From: Enterococcus phage 9183
Length of the DNA: 64,000 nt
Strand: one strand, 5' to 3'
Sequence record: MT939241.1
Shown piece by piece: positions 38,401 through 45,676 of the stretch (the first letter of the stretch is position 1; each line of letters begins with the position of its first letter). The notes beneath the pieces are model-generated. The model ran no database searches. It was not told the DNA's origin and saw nothing but the letters and a program-made list of their open reading frames with translations. The position numbers and the translations under genes were made by a program.

Positions 38401-39314
38401 GAGAATTAATGATTAAGTTTGTTGAATACGTTGAACCTCTTAAAGAAAAATTGACGACCGCGGTTATTCCAAAAATAATTGATCGCGTGCCTGAAACTTA
38501 TAAAGAAGGCGTAACTGCTTACATGTTTCTTAAGGAAGTAAAAGGTAAGAAAAATCATACACAATATTCGGATCATTTCTTTGATAATTATGAAAAATTA
38601 TGTAAAGAAAAAGTAACGAAAAAATATCCAAATTCATATTATTATGATGATAATGGTGAATTAGTAATTGAAGTAAAAGTACTTGAAAAAGTAGTAAAAG
38701 ATAAGATGGAACCAATTAAAGAATGGCTTAAGACTGAAGAGGCTTTACGTGCTGAAGCTGCATTAAGACGAACAGCGTTTTGGAATAAGTATTGTCAAGG
38801 AACGATTTCTCATTGGGAAATGGAATCAATTACGTTCTACATTTCAAATCACGAACTTAATGAATATCCACTTGATTCATACTTTAACATTGCGTCATTT
38901 AAAGATATGCCAAGAGAACCTGAAATTATTGGTTGGTCAAATGGGAGAGGAAGAAAATGGCCTCAATTAAAAACGGAGGTCATTGCGGGAACCGTCATTG
39001 ATACTTTACCTAAGAAGGGTATCGTCACAATTATTACACAAACTGGAGTCGTCGATGTTCGTGTAGGAAAAGGAAAGTATCAACATTATAATAAGAAAAT
39101 AATGGTTGGCGAAGGTAAAGAACGAGTAAACATTGATGATACTTGGTGGAAACGTGGAAATATGATTGTCGTCGTTGGTTATCGTCGTGAAAATGATTTT
39201 TATGCTAATGCAAGAAATAGTTCATATCAACATTCAGTGATGCTGATCAAAGGTCACGATGGTAAGAAAGTATTCGTTCAACAGGAAAAGAAAAAAATAG
39301 GAGAAGATTATTAA
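35460..39314 (+). CDS. dnaE: DNA polymerase III alpha subunit (DnaE-type) with N-terminal PHP domain
   Basis: PHP motif SIHNHSYYS...VLSDHETIAG; 1284 aa; polymerase core region conserved. Confidence 0.75.
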   Translation: MSWFSIHNHSYYSNFRLRDATNAPEDIIDKAIELGLTGIVLSDHETIAGAPKFLDYAKKLEKENKLPEGFKVGVGNEAYLIDRKYEQAMIDQEKVKYYHFIMLAKNQRGFEFLKKQTALAWSHRIYSRGMERVPTYKQDLVELMKEYKGDVVASTACIGGELPQLILKLEEATLNGNDNEVKEIKQEIHNFIHFLVNTFGHENVFFELQPSYQEEQKIVNKWLPTIAEAYKIKCIVTTDAHYLTLAQQEFHKQYLQASEGEREVEQFYATTYIFSYDELLEYFDQELLDVLVENTNIIKDMIEEINYKHETVIPNSHIPSFKPNMEIMKKIDEEKYPNIYKMMNSKVLEDRYYHHRVMQGFIDKKQEFNDENLSRIDLEYSELEEISEQLGQPMTSYFLAMTEFVDIMWEHSLVGVGRGSAVCYYTNYLLDIVQLNPIKYDLPYWRFLSREYVGEFPDIDVDAQGSQRASIIEGVKERFGHENVLNIGTYTTEGARAASLTACRALGLDPDTAQNITNMIPSDKGNPWPLHDAFFGNEEENRKPDKAFINEVNNYEGLQELMLQSQGLVSGRGQHASGVVVFPNGYTSMNTMMKTSNGLPITQWDAGTTEAAGGIKYDFLSINALDRIKSAMDMLLKDGKIEWQGSLRDTFNKYFHPDVLEMDADKMYDMLFDGEIISAFQFEAKTGRQALEKINARNFNQLVAANSLMRLSCEGEQPIDKFIRYKNDLSNWDKDMDEYGLTEDEKKVMHELLDARYGVCETQEAIMQIAMHEKVAKYNLREAKGLRKASAKKKPEIQEKQKKLFFEKGTANGTSTNLLNYIWNECYVPTFGYSFSAPHVAAYTMILMIEMNIAYRYGVHYWKAACLNVDAGILDGEVEGGTRYGKIAKALSGFREDVVPPSVNKSDIGFTPDSKTGKIMYGLKPIVGMNGKLARQIIENRPYSNIKDFIEKNLENGDLTKGKMVNLIKSGIFDELYANRRELMIKFVEYVEPLKEKLTTAVIPKIIDRVPETYKEGVTAYMFLKEVKGKKNHTQYSDHFFDNYEKLCKEKVTKKYPNSYYYDDNGELVIEVKVLEKVVKDKMEPIKEWLKTEEALRAEAALRRTAFWNKYCQGTISHWEMESITFYISNHELNEYPLDSYFNIASFKDMPREPEIIGWSNGRGRKWPQLKTEVIAGTVIDTLPKKGIVTIITQTGVVDVRVGKGKYQHYNKKIMVGEGKERVNIDDTWWKRGNMIVVVGYRRENDFYANARNSSYQHSVMLIKGHDGKKVFVQQEKKKIGEDY

Positions 39315-39316
39315 GG

Positions 39317-39342
39317 CTGTGTTTACACAGTCTTTTCTTCTT
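39317..39342 (+). terminator. Hairpin gctgtg-ttta-cacagtc plus T-rich tract, carrying the next -35
   Basis: read directly. Confidence 0.55.
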
Positions 39343-39350
39343 GATATAAT
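39322..39350 (+). promoter_or_regulatory. Consensus phage promoter
   Basis: TTTACA, 17-nt spacer, TGATATAAT. Confidence 0.65.
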
Positions 39351-39380
39351 ATTATCGTAAATAAAAATTGGAGGAATGTT

Positions 39381-39644
39381 ATGAAACAGACAGAAGAAAA
39401 AGCTGAACGCAACAAAGAATTGCTTAGTCATATTTCAGAGGCACAAGCTCAAGTAAATACGCAAATCGAGCGCAAAGAAAATTTAGCCAATCAAGAGGTC
39501 GACATTGAGGCAAAAATTGGTGTACTCCAAAATAAATTACACACAATTAAAATTAAGCAAAAATATAATGAGAAAGATCTTCAAGATGCAACGAGACAAC
39601 TTAATTATATGAAAGAAAAATTCTGGGAGGAAAATTTGGTATGA
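39381..39644 (+). CDS. Small coiled-coil protein
   Basis: ORF with RBS ggagga. Confidence 0.5.
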   Translation: MKQTEEKAERNKELLSHISEAQAQVNTQIERKENLANQEVDIEAKIGVLQNKLHTIKIKQKYNEKDLQDATRQLNYMKEKFWEENLV

Positions 39645-39919
39645 GTATGAAAAATGCATTTATGTTTATGAAATTGGAAAATAAGTTAAAGAAAAGCGAA
39701 ATCTTTATTTTAGGATATATTTTTGGTTCGCGTGACTCAGCTTTGCAGCTTGCACAAAATACTCATAAGCTGACTGACGAACAAATCAATGAATTGGATG
39801 AAGATGTATTTACGCCTGAAGCTCTTGAAGACGCTTGGAATCGTATTGCGGCTGAAATGCAAATCACTGATGCGCGATCATATTTTGATGTAATGGAAAT
39901 TTTAGAAAAAGCGAAATAA
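39641..39919 (+). CDS. Small hypothetical protein
   Basis: ORF. Confidence 0.5.
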   Translation: MSMKNAFMFMKLENKLKKSEIFILGYIFGSRDSALQLAQNTHKLTDEQINELDEDVFTPEALEDAWNRIAAEMQITDARSYFDVMEILEKAK

Positions 39920-39920
39920 A

Positions 39921-39948
39921 TATGGGGATTTTACCCCATATTTTTTTA
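39921..39948 (+). terminator. Intrinsic terminator (tatgggg/ccccata plus T7)
   Basis: read directly. Confidence 0.7.
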
Positions 39949-39990
39949 CATATTAATTTGATAAAATTAGTTAAAATATGCATTCTTATG

Positions 39991-40019
39991 TTTACACATA
40001 CTTTTTCCTATGATATAAT
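39991..40019 (+). promoter_or_regulatory. Consensus phage promoter driving an ORF-less transcript
   Basis: TTTACA, 17-nt spacer, TGATATAAT. Confidence 0.65.
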
Positions 40020-40026
40020 ACTAAAG

Positions 40027-40195
40027 TAGATAAATAGATATACATATTTGTCTGAGGGACTTCGTTAGAAGTTCCGAAGGGCATCAGCTTCGCTGATGTA
40101 TTGCCAAGGTTGTACATATTTTATGTGGTTCCTTACCGAACGAGATAGAACGAAATAGGTAAAAAAAAAAATAGAGGATTTCTCCTCTATTTTAA
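40027..40195 (+). ncRNA. Candidate structured small RNA (~170 nt) between a consensus promoter and a bidirectional terminator; no ORF
   Basis: hairpins GGGACUUC-GUUA-GAAGUUCC (40056-75) and CAUCAGC-UUCG-GCUGAUG (40082-98); terminator at 40161-40200; longest ORF 20 aa with no RBS. Confidence 0.5.
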
Positions 40196-40200
40196 TTTAT
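40161..40200. terminator. Bidirectional terminator: A11, atagagga-tttc-tcctctat, T-run
   Basis: read directly. Confidence 0.7.
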
Positions 40201-40610
40201 TTTTTATGGAAATTTACTTCTTCAAAGAATCGATCAAGAGGATAAAAATCATCAATTTCAGGATCTTCAATCATGCGATAAATTTCTTCATTTTGAATTT
40301 TATCAAAGATTGGAAAATATTCATTAGCTCTATACTTATATGATCGTGCAACTTCCTCTTTAACACTTGCATCTAGGTTCGTTGAATTTAATTGTCCTCT
40401 TACATGATCAATGATAAAATCAATGAATTCATTTTTATTAACGTAAAGATCTTGGAAAAATTCTTTTTCTCTTGAGGCAAAATCTTCAAGTTCGTCGATC
40501 ATTGATTCGTATTGTTGATAAAGATCTTCATTATAATGAGGAATCTCCATTAGCAAATATTGACTTTCTTTAGTTTTCTTTAATAATTCTTGGTATTTTG
40601 TGTTTTTCAT
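40197..40610 (-). CDS. Acidic hypothetical protein; the only minus-strand gene inside the plus-strand early region
   Basis: ORF with minus-strand RBS aggagtga; own terminator; Glu/Asp-rich. Confidence 0.55.
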   Translation of the reverse strand: MKNTKYQELLKKTKESQYLLMEIPHYNEDLYQQYESMIDELEDFASREKEFFQDLYVNKNEFIDFIIDHVRGQLNSTNLDASVKEEVARSYKYRANEYFPIFDKIQNEEIYRMIEDPEIDDFYPLDRFFEEVNFHKK

Positions 40611-40698
40611 TATAATTCACTCCTAAAATTTTTGTTATAGTTATTGTTTAACTATAATTATATTATAACCTGTAATGAAGCAGATGTATATAGTAAAT

Positions 40699-40739
40699 TG
40701 ACGAAATATGACGAAATTATCACAAAATATGACGAAAAT
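40699..40739. repeat. Three direct repeats A(A)ATATGACGAAA(A/T)T phased at 10 and 21 bp (iteron/operator-like)
   Basis: TGACGAAAT at 40699, 40709 and TGACGAAAA at 40730. Confidence 0.6.
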
Positions 40740-40783
40740 ATGCATATTTTTAGAATAAAATTTTGATTTTATTTCGATCAATG

Positions 40784-40811
40784 TTTACATATTTTTATAC
40801 GATGATATAAT
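40784..40811 (+). promoter_or_regulatory. Consensus promoter, near-identical duplicate of 8762..8789
   Basis: gtttacatatttttatacgatgatataat. Confidence 0.65.
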
Positions 40812-40849
40812 ATATAAGTAATAAATAAATAAACGAAAGAGGTAGTTTT

Positions 40850-41422
40850 ATGATTGAAAACGAAGCTCTAGGAATTGAAAGAACTTTTGTTCTTAGAAAA
40901 GCCTACGAAGAAATTAATCGAGGTGTTGTAGGGGAACCTATCTTAGTAGCATTTAAAGATAATATGACAAAAAAATTTAATAAAGACAATTTATACCTAT
41001 ATGCATATGATGCTTTTGGTTTACCCCACTTAACACCTGGTGATCTTGTGTTAGTTCCTGCTATTAAACATGATAATTATGAGGTAGTTAAAGTAATTGC
41101 TACTTACACTGATATGCTTAATGATGAACGCCTTTTCAACAAAGCGCTTTATTCAATGGAAAAAACAAAAGAAAAAGGTTTGACGGTACGACCTGTTATT
41201 ACTAATATTCAACAATCAATTAGTGATTATCATCGACGTCTTCAAATCACAAAAGAAAAATTGATCAAAATTGAATCATTGAAACGCGAAATTGAAAAAA
41301 CTATCACTTTAGATAAAGTAAAACATTTCGCCAATTACAATCCTAATATAAAAGAAATTATGGATGAATTTAATGAAGATGAATTATTTAATCTTTTAGG
41401 AGGAGACATTGATGTTAAATAA
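40850..41422 (+). CDS. Hypothetical protein
   Basis: ORF with RBS aagagg. Confidence 0.5.
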   Translation: MIENEALGIERTFVLRKAYEEINRGVVGEPILVAFKDNMTKKFNKDNLYLYAYDAFGLPHLTPGDLVLVPAIKHDNYEVVKVIATYTDMLNDERLFNKALYSMEKTKEKGLTVRPVITNIQQSISDYHRRLQITKEKLIKIESLKREIEKTITLDKVKHFANYNPNIKEIMDEFNEDELFNLLGGDIDVK

Positions 41423-41699
41423 AGGCGAAGTTTATGTAGGTAAAGTAGGTACGTCACAAATTTTATTCGAGGTTGCTTTTGCCTACGATAACGATACTTA
41501 TAGCGCAGCACACGCTATTAGACTTGACAACGAAATCAATAATGAAAGCGTCGTTGTCTTTAATCATTCAAACGATGTTGTGATTTCATTATTTGACGAA
41601 GGAAAAGTTCGTGAGGCTACAACTAGAGAAATAATGATTTATGCTGAAGCTGTAAAACTTTACGATAAATTTTATAATGAAACGAGTTTACGAAAGTAA
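41409..41699 (+). CDS. Hypothetical protein
   Basis: ORF. Confidence 0.5.
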   Translation: MMLNKGEVYVGKVGTSQILFEVAFAYDNDTYSAAHAIRLDNEINNESVVVFNHSNDVVISLFDEGKVREATTREIMIYAEAVKLYDKFYNETSLRK

Positions 41700-41715
41700 C
41701 TCGTTTTGATATAAT
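41681..41715 (+). promoter_or_regulatory. Hairpin (aacgagtt/aactcgtt) overlapping the upstream stop codon, plus promoter variant (TTTACG, 18 nt spacer, TGATATAAT)
   Basis: read directly. Confidence 0.5.
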
Positions 41716-41743
41716 ATAAAAAGATTTAAGAAGGAGAGATTTG

Positions 41744-41962
41744 ATGAATTTTAGTCAAGCTTTTGATACCGTCAGTCAACGAGAAGGAACGTTTATGCGT
41801 TTGCCTCAATGGAAAGAGGACGTAAAAATTCGTGCTCAATTTCCTGATGAATACAGTAAAATGAGTCATCCTTACCTATATGTGGAATCGCGTTTTGGTA
41901 ATGTACCTTGGATTCCAACACAGGTTGAAATGTTTTCAAATAAATGGGAGGTAGGAATTTAA
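41744..41962 (+). CDS. Small hypothetical protein
   Basis: ORF with RBS aggaga. Confidence 0.45.
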   Translation: MNFSQAFDTVSQREGTFMRLPQWKEDVKIRAQFPDEYSKMSHPYLYVESRFGNVPWIPTQVEMFSNKWEVGI

Positions 41963-42705
41963 TGAGAAAATTTGAAGTAGTAAGTGCCTATAAGGACAAA
42001 GAAATTAATTTGCCAATGCGAGCAACTCCTCATTCAGCAGGTTATGATTTTGAGGCTGCAGAAGATATTGAAATCCCTTCATTCTTCGTGGGTGTTCGTC
42101 AGTTGATGACATATATTGAGGATAGAATCGATCAATCAAATAATCATCCAATGGATGAACGAACATACGAAAGGTTGATGAGATATGAAGAAGAAACTGA
42201 TGAAATATCTAGACACCTATCTGAATATGAACAGCTTCCTGTTGCATATGTTAAAGAGCTTTTATCGTTAATCGATGATATTCTCGACGATGATGAAACT
42301 TCATGCTTAGAAGCTGTTGAAGATTTCCGTAAAAAATTAAAACCTACGTTAGTTCCTACAGGAATTAAAGCTTGCATGCATAAAGATGAATTTTTAGGAT
42401 TATACAATCGTTCTTCAAATCCATTAAAACGAATGCTCGTATTGGCAAATGGCGTTGGAGTTATTGATAGTGACTATTACGATAATGAAGACAACGAAGG
42501 CCATATCATGTTCCAATTTATTAATCTAGGATTCCTTCCTGTAAAGATTAAGAAAGGCGAACGAATTGGGCAAGGTATCTTCCAAAAATTCTTAACAGTT
42601 GAGACAGTTGAAGAAACGCGTGAAGATACAAGAAGCGGTGGTTTTGGTTCAACAGGTGTTGACGACACTATTCCTGGAGAAATGTTTGAAAAAGAGGTGC
42701 TTTAA
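41962..42705 (+). CDS. dUTPase / dCTP-deaminase-family paralog with a ~130-aa insertion between motifs 2 and 3
   Basis: motifs SAGYDF, GVIDSDYYD, RSGGFGSTG; large insert ~70..200. Confidence 0.6.
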   Translation: MRKFEVVSAYKDKEINLPMRATPHSAGYDFEAAEDIEIPSFFVGVRQLMTYIEDRIDQSNNHPMDERTYERLMRYEEETDEISRHLSEYEQLPVAYVKELLSLIDDILDDDETSCLEAVEDFRKKLKPTLVPTGIKACMHKDEFLGLYNRSSNPLKRMLVLANGVGVIDSDYYDNEDNEGHIMFQFINLGFLPVKIKKGERIGQGIFQKFLTVETVEETREDTRSGGFGSTGVDDTIPGEMFEKEVL

Positions 42706-43005
42706 TTGGAAAAATTTGTTGTTCATATTTTCTATAATAAAGAATTAATCAAGAAAGATTTAGTATTAGGTATCGCTGATCAAATTTCTAATATAAAAGT
42801 CAAAGACATTGAGCTCGTTCCTAATGTAATGGATATCACTGAAGATGAAGTAATGCGTGAAGCTTATGGAATCTCTCGTGAATTGAAGCGCATTACTGCT
42901 ATCGTTCTTGATGTAAAAAATAATGAATTATTTAGGGCTGAAGGAAATAATTCTACTTCAATTCTTACAACAATTCAAATGGGGTTAAATAATTATGAAA
43001 GATAA
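42706..43005 (+). CDS. Hypothetical protein
   Basis: ORF with RBS agagg. Confidence 0.5.
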   Translation: MEKFVVHIFYNKELIKKDLVLGIADQISNIKVKDIELVPNVMDITEDEVMREAYGISRELKRITAIVLDVKNNELFRAEGNNSTSILTTIQMGLNNYER

Positions 43006-43594
43006 TATTTGCTTTGTTCTTGCGGGAAAAACACTTTCTGGCAAGACAACTTTACTAAAATATCTTGAAGAGAAAAAAGGTATTAAGCGTTTCATTACGA
43101 CAACGACAAGACCTCCTCGTCCAGGTGAAATAAATGGGGTTGACTATTTCTTCATTAGTGATGAAAAATTTAATTCATTGATGAAAAAAGATTTAATCGT
43201 TGCTCCTAATTTTTACCAACCTGCTGAAGAAACAGGCAGCTCAATTTGGTCTTATGGGCTAGATGCAAATCTTCTTAAAAATAAAGGAAGAACTTTAGTT
43301 GTCACTGAAATCAAAGGAATTATTGACTTGCAAGATTACTTTGGTAAAAAGAACGTATATGCAATTTATCTTGATGTTTCTCGAGAAAAACAGTTAGAAC
43401 GTTCACAATTACGTAATGAAAAATTCACTGAAGAAAAAATGCGTCGTATCTTAGCTGATGATGAAGCATTTGATAATATCTTCCAATACGCTGACCTCGT
43501 ATTGAATGCCGATGATTCAATAGAAGTAAATGCTGAAAGAATCGCTTCTTATATTGAATACGTCGAAAATTATTATAGGAAATTTCGCAACTAA
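42995..43594 (+). CDS. gmk: Guanylate kinase-like nucleoside monophosphate kinase
   Basis: P-loop GKTLSGKTT; TTTRPPRPGEINGVDYFF guanylate-kinase signature. Confidence 0.7.
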   Translation: MKDNICFVLAGKTLSGKTTLLKYLEEKKGIKRFITTTTRPPRPGEINGVDYFFISDEKFNSLMKKDLIVAPNFYQPAEETGSSIWSYGLDANLLKNKGRTLVVTEIKGIIDLQDYFGKKNVYAIYLDVSREKQLERSQLRNEKFTEEKMRRILADDEAFDNIFQYADLVLNADDSIEVNAERIASYIEYVENYYRKFRN

Positions 43595-43603
43595 GTGAAA
43601 CAA

Positions 43604-44179
43604 ATGAAAATTGTTCTGCCAATCCCTCCTTCTGTAAATGGATATCTTTACCCTAAAATGATAAGAATGGGCGGAAGAATGATAGGAAGATTGGCAGAAA
43701 CAGTTGAGTCAAAAGAATATAAGGCTCATATCATTCCAATTATTAAGAAAAGAATAAAAGAAGAAAATTGGAAGCAGCCTGAACCTGGAACATTCGTTGA
43801 CGTTAAAATTGATTATTTTTTTCCTCGTAAACGAATGGATCCTTCCAATTATCTTAAGGTACCATATGATGCTTTTACCGCTGCAGGAGTATGGGGTGAC
43901 GATGATATGGCTAAACCTCAAACAGGTTTAGTGATAATTGATAAATTTGATCCTCGCATTGAGATAACTGTTTCAGTTTCTGATCAAAAAGGAATCTTCA
44001 ATAATAAAAAAGATCGTGATAGATTTATAACTAAGTATATGAACATGATCCCTAAACGATCATTTGATGCACTCCTTCGTAAACTTGATGAAGGTCGAGT
44101 CACTGAAAAGGTATATTTGACGGATAAAAACAAAGTGGAGGTAAGAGATGAATTTCTTAAGGGAATCAAAAATAAGTGA
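43604..44179 (+). CDS. rusA: RusA-family Holliday-junction resolvase
   Basis: IVLPIPPSVNGYLY N-terminal signature; catalytic Asp cluster DPSNYLK..DA..GVWGDDD. Confidence 0.6.
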   Translation: MKIVLPIPPSVNGYLYPKMIRMGGRMIGRLAETVESKEYKAHIIPIIKKRIKEENWKQPEPGTFVDVKIDYFFPRKRMDPSNYLKVPYDAFTAAGVWGDDDMAKPQTGLVIIDKFDPRIEITVSVSDQKGIFNNKKDRDRFITKYMNMIPKRSFDALLRKLDEGRVTEKVYLTDKNKVEVRDEFLKGIKNK

Positions 44180-44531
44180 TTACTTTGCGTTTTTTGCCGC
44201 CATATTCATTACAGCTGCCCTATTGTCTTTTGGTTTCTATAAGCAAAATATAGATGAAAAGATTAAGCAGCTTGAAGACGACAAGACGACTCTTATCTAT
44301 GAAAATAAAGAACTTAAAAAGAAAGATAATTATTTAAGTGACACATATGATGATTGGAAAGAGTCTGCTGGAGAAAAATTAGGATATGGTTCTATCTTTC
44401 AGCTTGAAGGAATTGATAGTGTAAAAGATACGACAATTCTTACAGTTAAAGACACAAAATATGGTGGCGAATATATTATAATAACAAACAGCGATCGTTC
44501 GTTTATGCAAATAACAGAGAGAAAAAAATAG
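44148..44531 (+). CDS. Membrane-anchored hypothetical protein
   Basis: N-terminal TM helix. Confidence 0.45.
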   Translation: MNFLRESKISDYFAFFAAIFITAALLSFGFYKQNIDEKIKQLEDDKTTLIYENKELKKKDNYLSDTYDDWKESAGEKLGYGSIFQLEGIDSVKDTTILTVKDTKYGGEYIIITNSDRSFMQITERKK

Positions 44532-44553
44532 AGGGATTACCCCTCTATTTTTA
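44528..44553 (+). terminator. Intrinsic terminator (tagaggg/ccctcta plus T-run)
   Basis: read directly. Confidence 0.65.
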
Positions 44554-44585
44554 TACATATTTTAGTAAAAATGTACAAAATTTTG

Positions 44586-44614
44586 TTTACAAGTCACTCA
44601 TTGATTGATATAAT
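44586..44614 (+). promoter_or_regulatory. Consensus phage promoter driving an ORF-less ~290-nt leader
   Basis: TTTACA, 17-nt spacer, TGATATAAT. Confidence 0.6.
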
Positions 44615-44620
44615 TATTAA

Positions 44621-44908
44621 GTGGTCAAAATTAATAAAGAAATTAAAGATCCTCGGAACTTTATCCTTCCTACTTAAACAACATTTGATCGCTTTCATAC
44701 AATTCATTTAAGGTTTTAAAATCAACCATTTTAAGTATAAACTTTTCAATTAAAAAACATTAATAAAAGAAAATTTTCTATATACATTGTTCTTAATAAG
44801 GTTTATAATTAATATGTTGGTTAAAAACACAACAAAGCATTACATAAAGAATCAGTCTTGAAAACCTAGCTTTTAAAGAAGAAAGCCAGATTCAGGTGGC
44901 TATTTTTT
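44621..44908 (+). ncRNA. AT-rich ~290-nt non-coding transcript/leader ending in an intrinsic terminator (agcca-gattcagg-tggct plus T6), directly upstream of the sigma-factor gene
   Basis: no ORF over 15 aa with an RBS; terminator at 44884..44908. Confidence 0.45.
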
Positions 44909-44945
44909 ATGCACAAAAATACTATATTAAAGGTGGAAAAATAAC

Positions 44946-45575
44946 ATGACAAAAACATTCTTAATGACAACGAAAACAGGTGCAGTGCAAAAAGATTTTA
45001 CATTTGAAGAATTATACACCCAGTTCTTTAAGATGATTCAAAAAGAAACTTGGTCAATGGTTAAAGTTTATGGAAACATTATGAAACGAGAAGAAATAGA
45101 ACAACAATTCACGATTGAACTTTGGAACTCATATGAAAAATATGACATCAGCCACGGAACTTGCATTTCAACTTACATCTATAATCGTTTCCAAAAAGCA
45201 AAAAGAGATCTTCTTTATCCACTTATTGGTTCAAGTAAAAGCAAATGGGAAAAGAAAAACACAACTTCATTATCAGCAAAACATAATGAAGATGATCGTA
45301 ATGATCAGTCTAATAAGATGTTTACAAACGATAAGACATATAACCAAATAGTTAGCGCAGAAAATCTTCTTGTGAGTCAAGATTTAATTGAAGCAATCAT
45401 AAGCGTTTATAATAGAGAAGAAGATCTTGATCTTATTTTAATCTTGATTGATAAGAAGACTTATTCAGTCGCAAATTATGCAGAAAAATGGGGAATTTCA
45501 CGTGTAGCAGCCAATAATAGATTAAGAAAAATTAAGAAAGAATTGGTTAATGTGTTGGAAGATTTCAAGAATTAA
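44946..45575 (+). CDS. Phage sigma-70-family (ECF/SPO1 gp28/gp34-like) sigma factor
   Basis: region 2 block FTIELWNSYEKYD...STYIYNRFQKAKRDLL; region 4 HTH YAEKWGISRVAANNRLRKIKKEL. Confidence 0.6.
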   Translation: MTKTFLMTTKTGAVQKDFTFEELYTQFFKMIQKETWSMVKVYGNIMKREEIEQQFTIELWNSYEKYDISHGTCISTYIYNRFQKAKRDLLYPLIGSSKSKWEKKNTTSLSAKHNEDDRNDQSNKMFTNDKTYNQIVSAENLLVSQDLIEAIISVYNREEDLDLILILIDKKTYSVANYAEKWGISRVAANNRLRKIKKELVNVLEDFKN

Positions 45576-45601
45576 AATTTTCATATTAAAAATAGACGAA
45601 A

Positions 45602-45634
45602 TAAGCCTGGTAGTTTACACACTACTAGGCTTAT
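45602..45634 (+). other. 12-bp-stem hairpin (taagcctggtag/ctactaggctta, one G-U pair) with the next promoter's -35 as its loop; no T-run
   Basis: read directly. Confidence 0.5.
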
Positions 45635-45642
45635 GATATAAT
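45614..45642 (+). promoter_or_regulatory. Consensus phage promoter
   Basis: TTTACA, 17-nt spacer, TGATATAAT. Confidence 0.65.
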
Positions 45643-45676
45643 AAAAATGTAAATATTAAATGAAGGTGGAATATGA

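Noticed and set aside
39945-39975. A second TTTACA inside the T-run of terminator 39921..39948 could have been another promoter.
   Set aside because: No TATAAT-like -10 lies at the required 16-18-nt spacing. The real consensus promoter follows at 39991.
40027-40195. The ORF-less structured region was tested as a tRNA gene.
   Set aside because: No 7-bp acceptor stem with a 3' discriminator was found. The T-loop (GTTCRANYC) and D-loop signatures are absent. GGTTCCTTACC does not form a T-arm. It is kept as a candidate sRNA instead.
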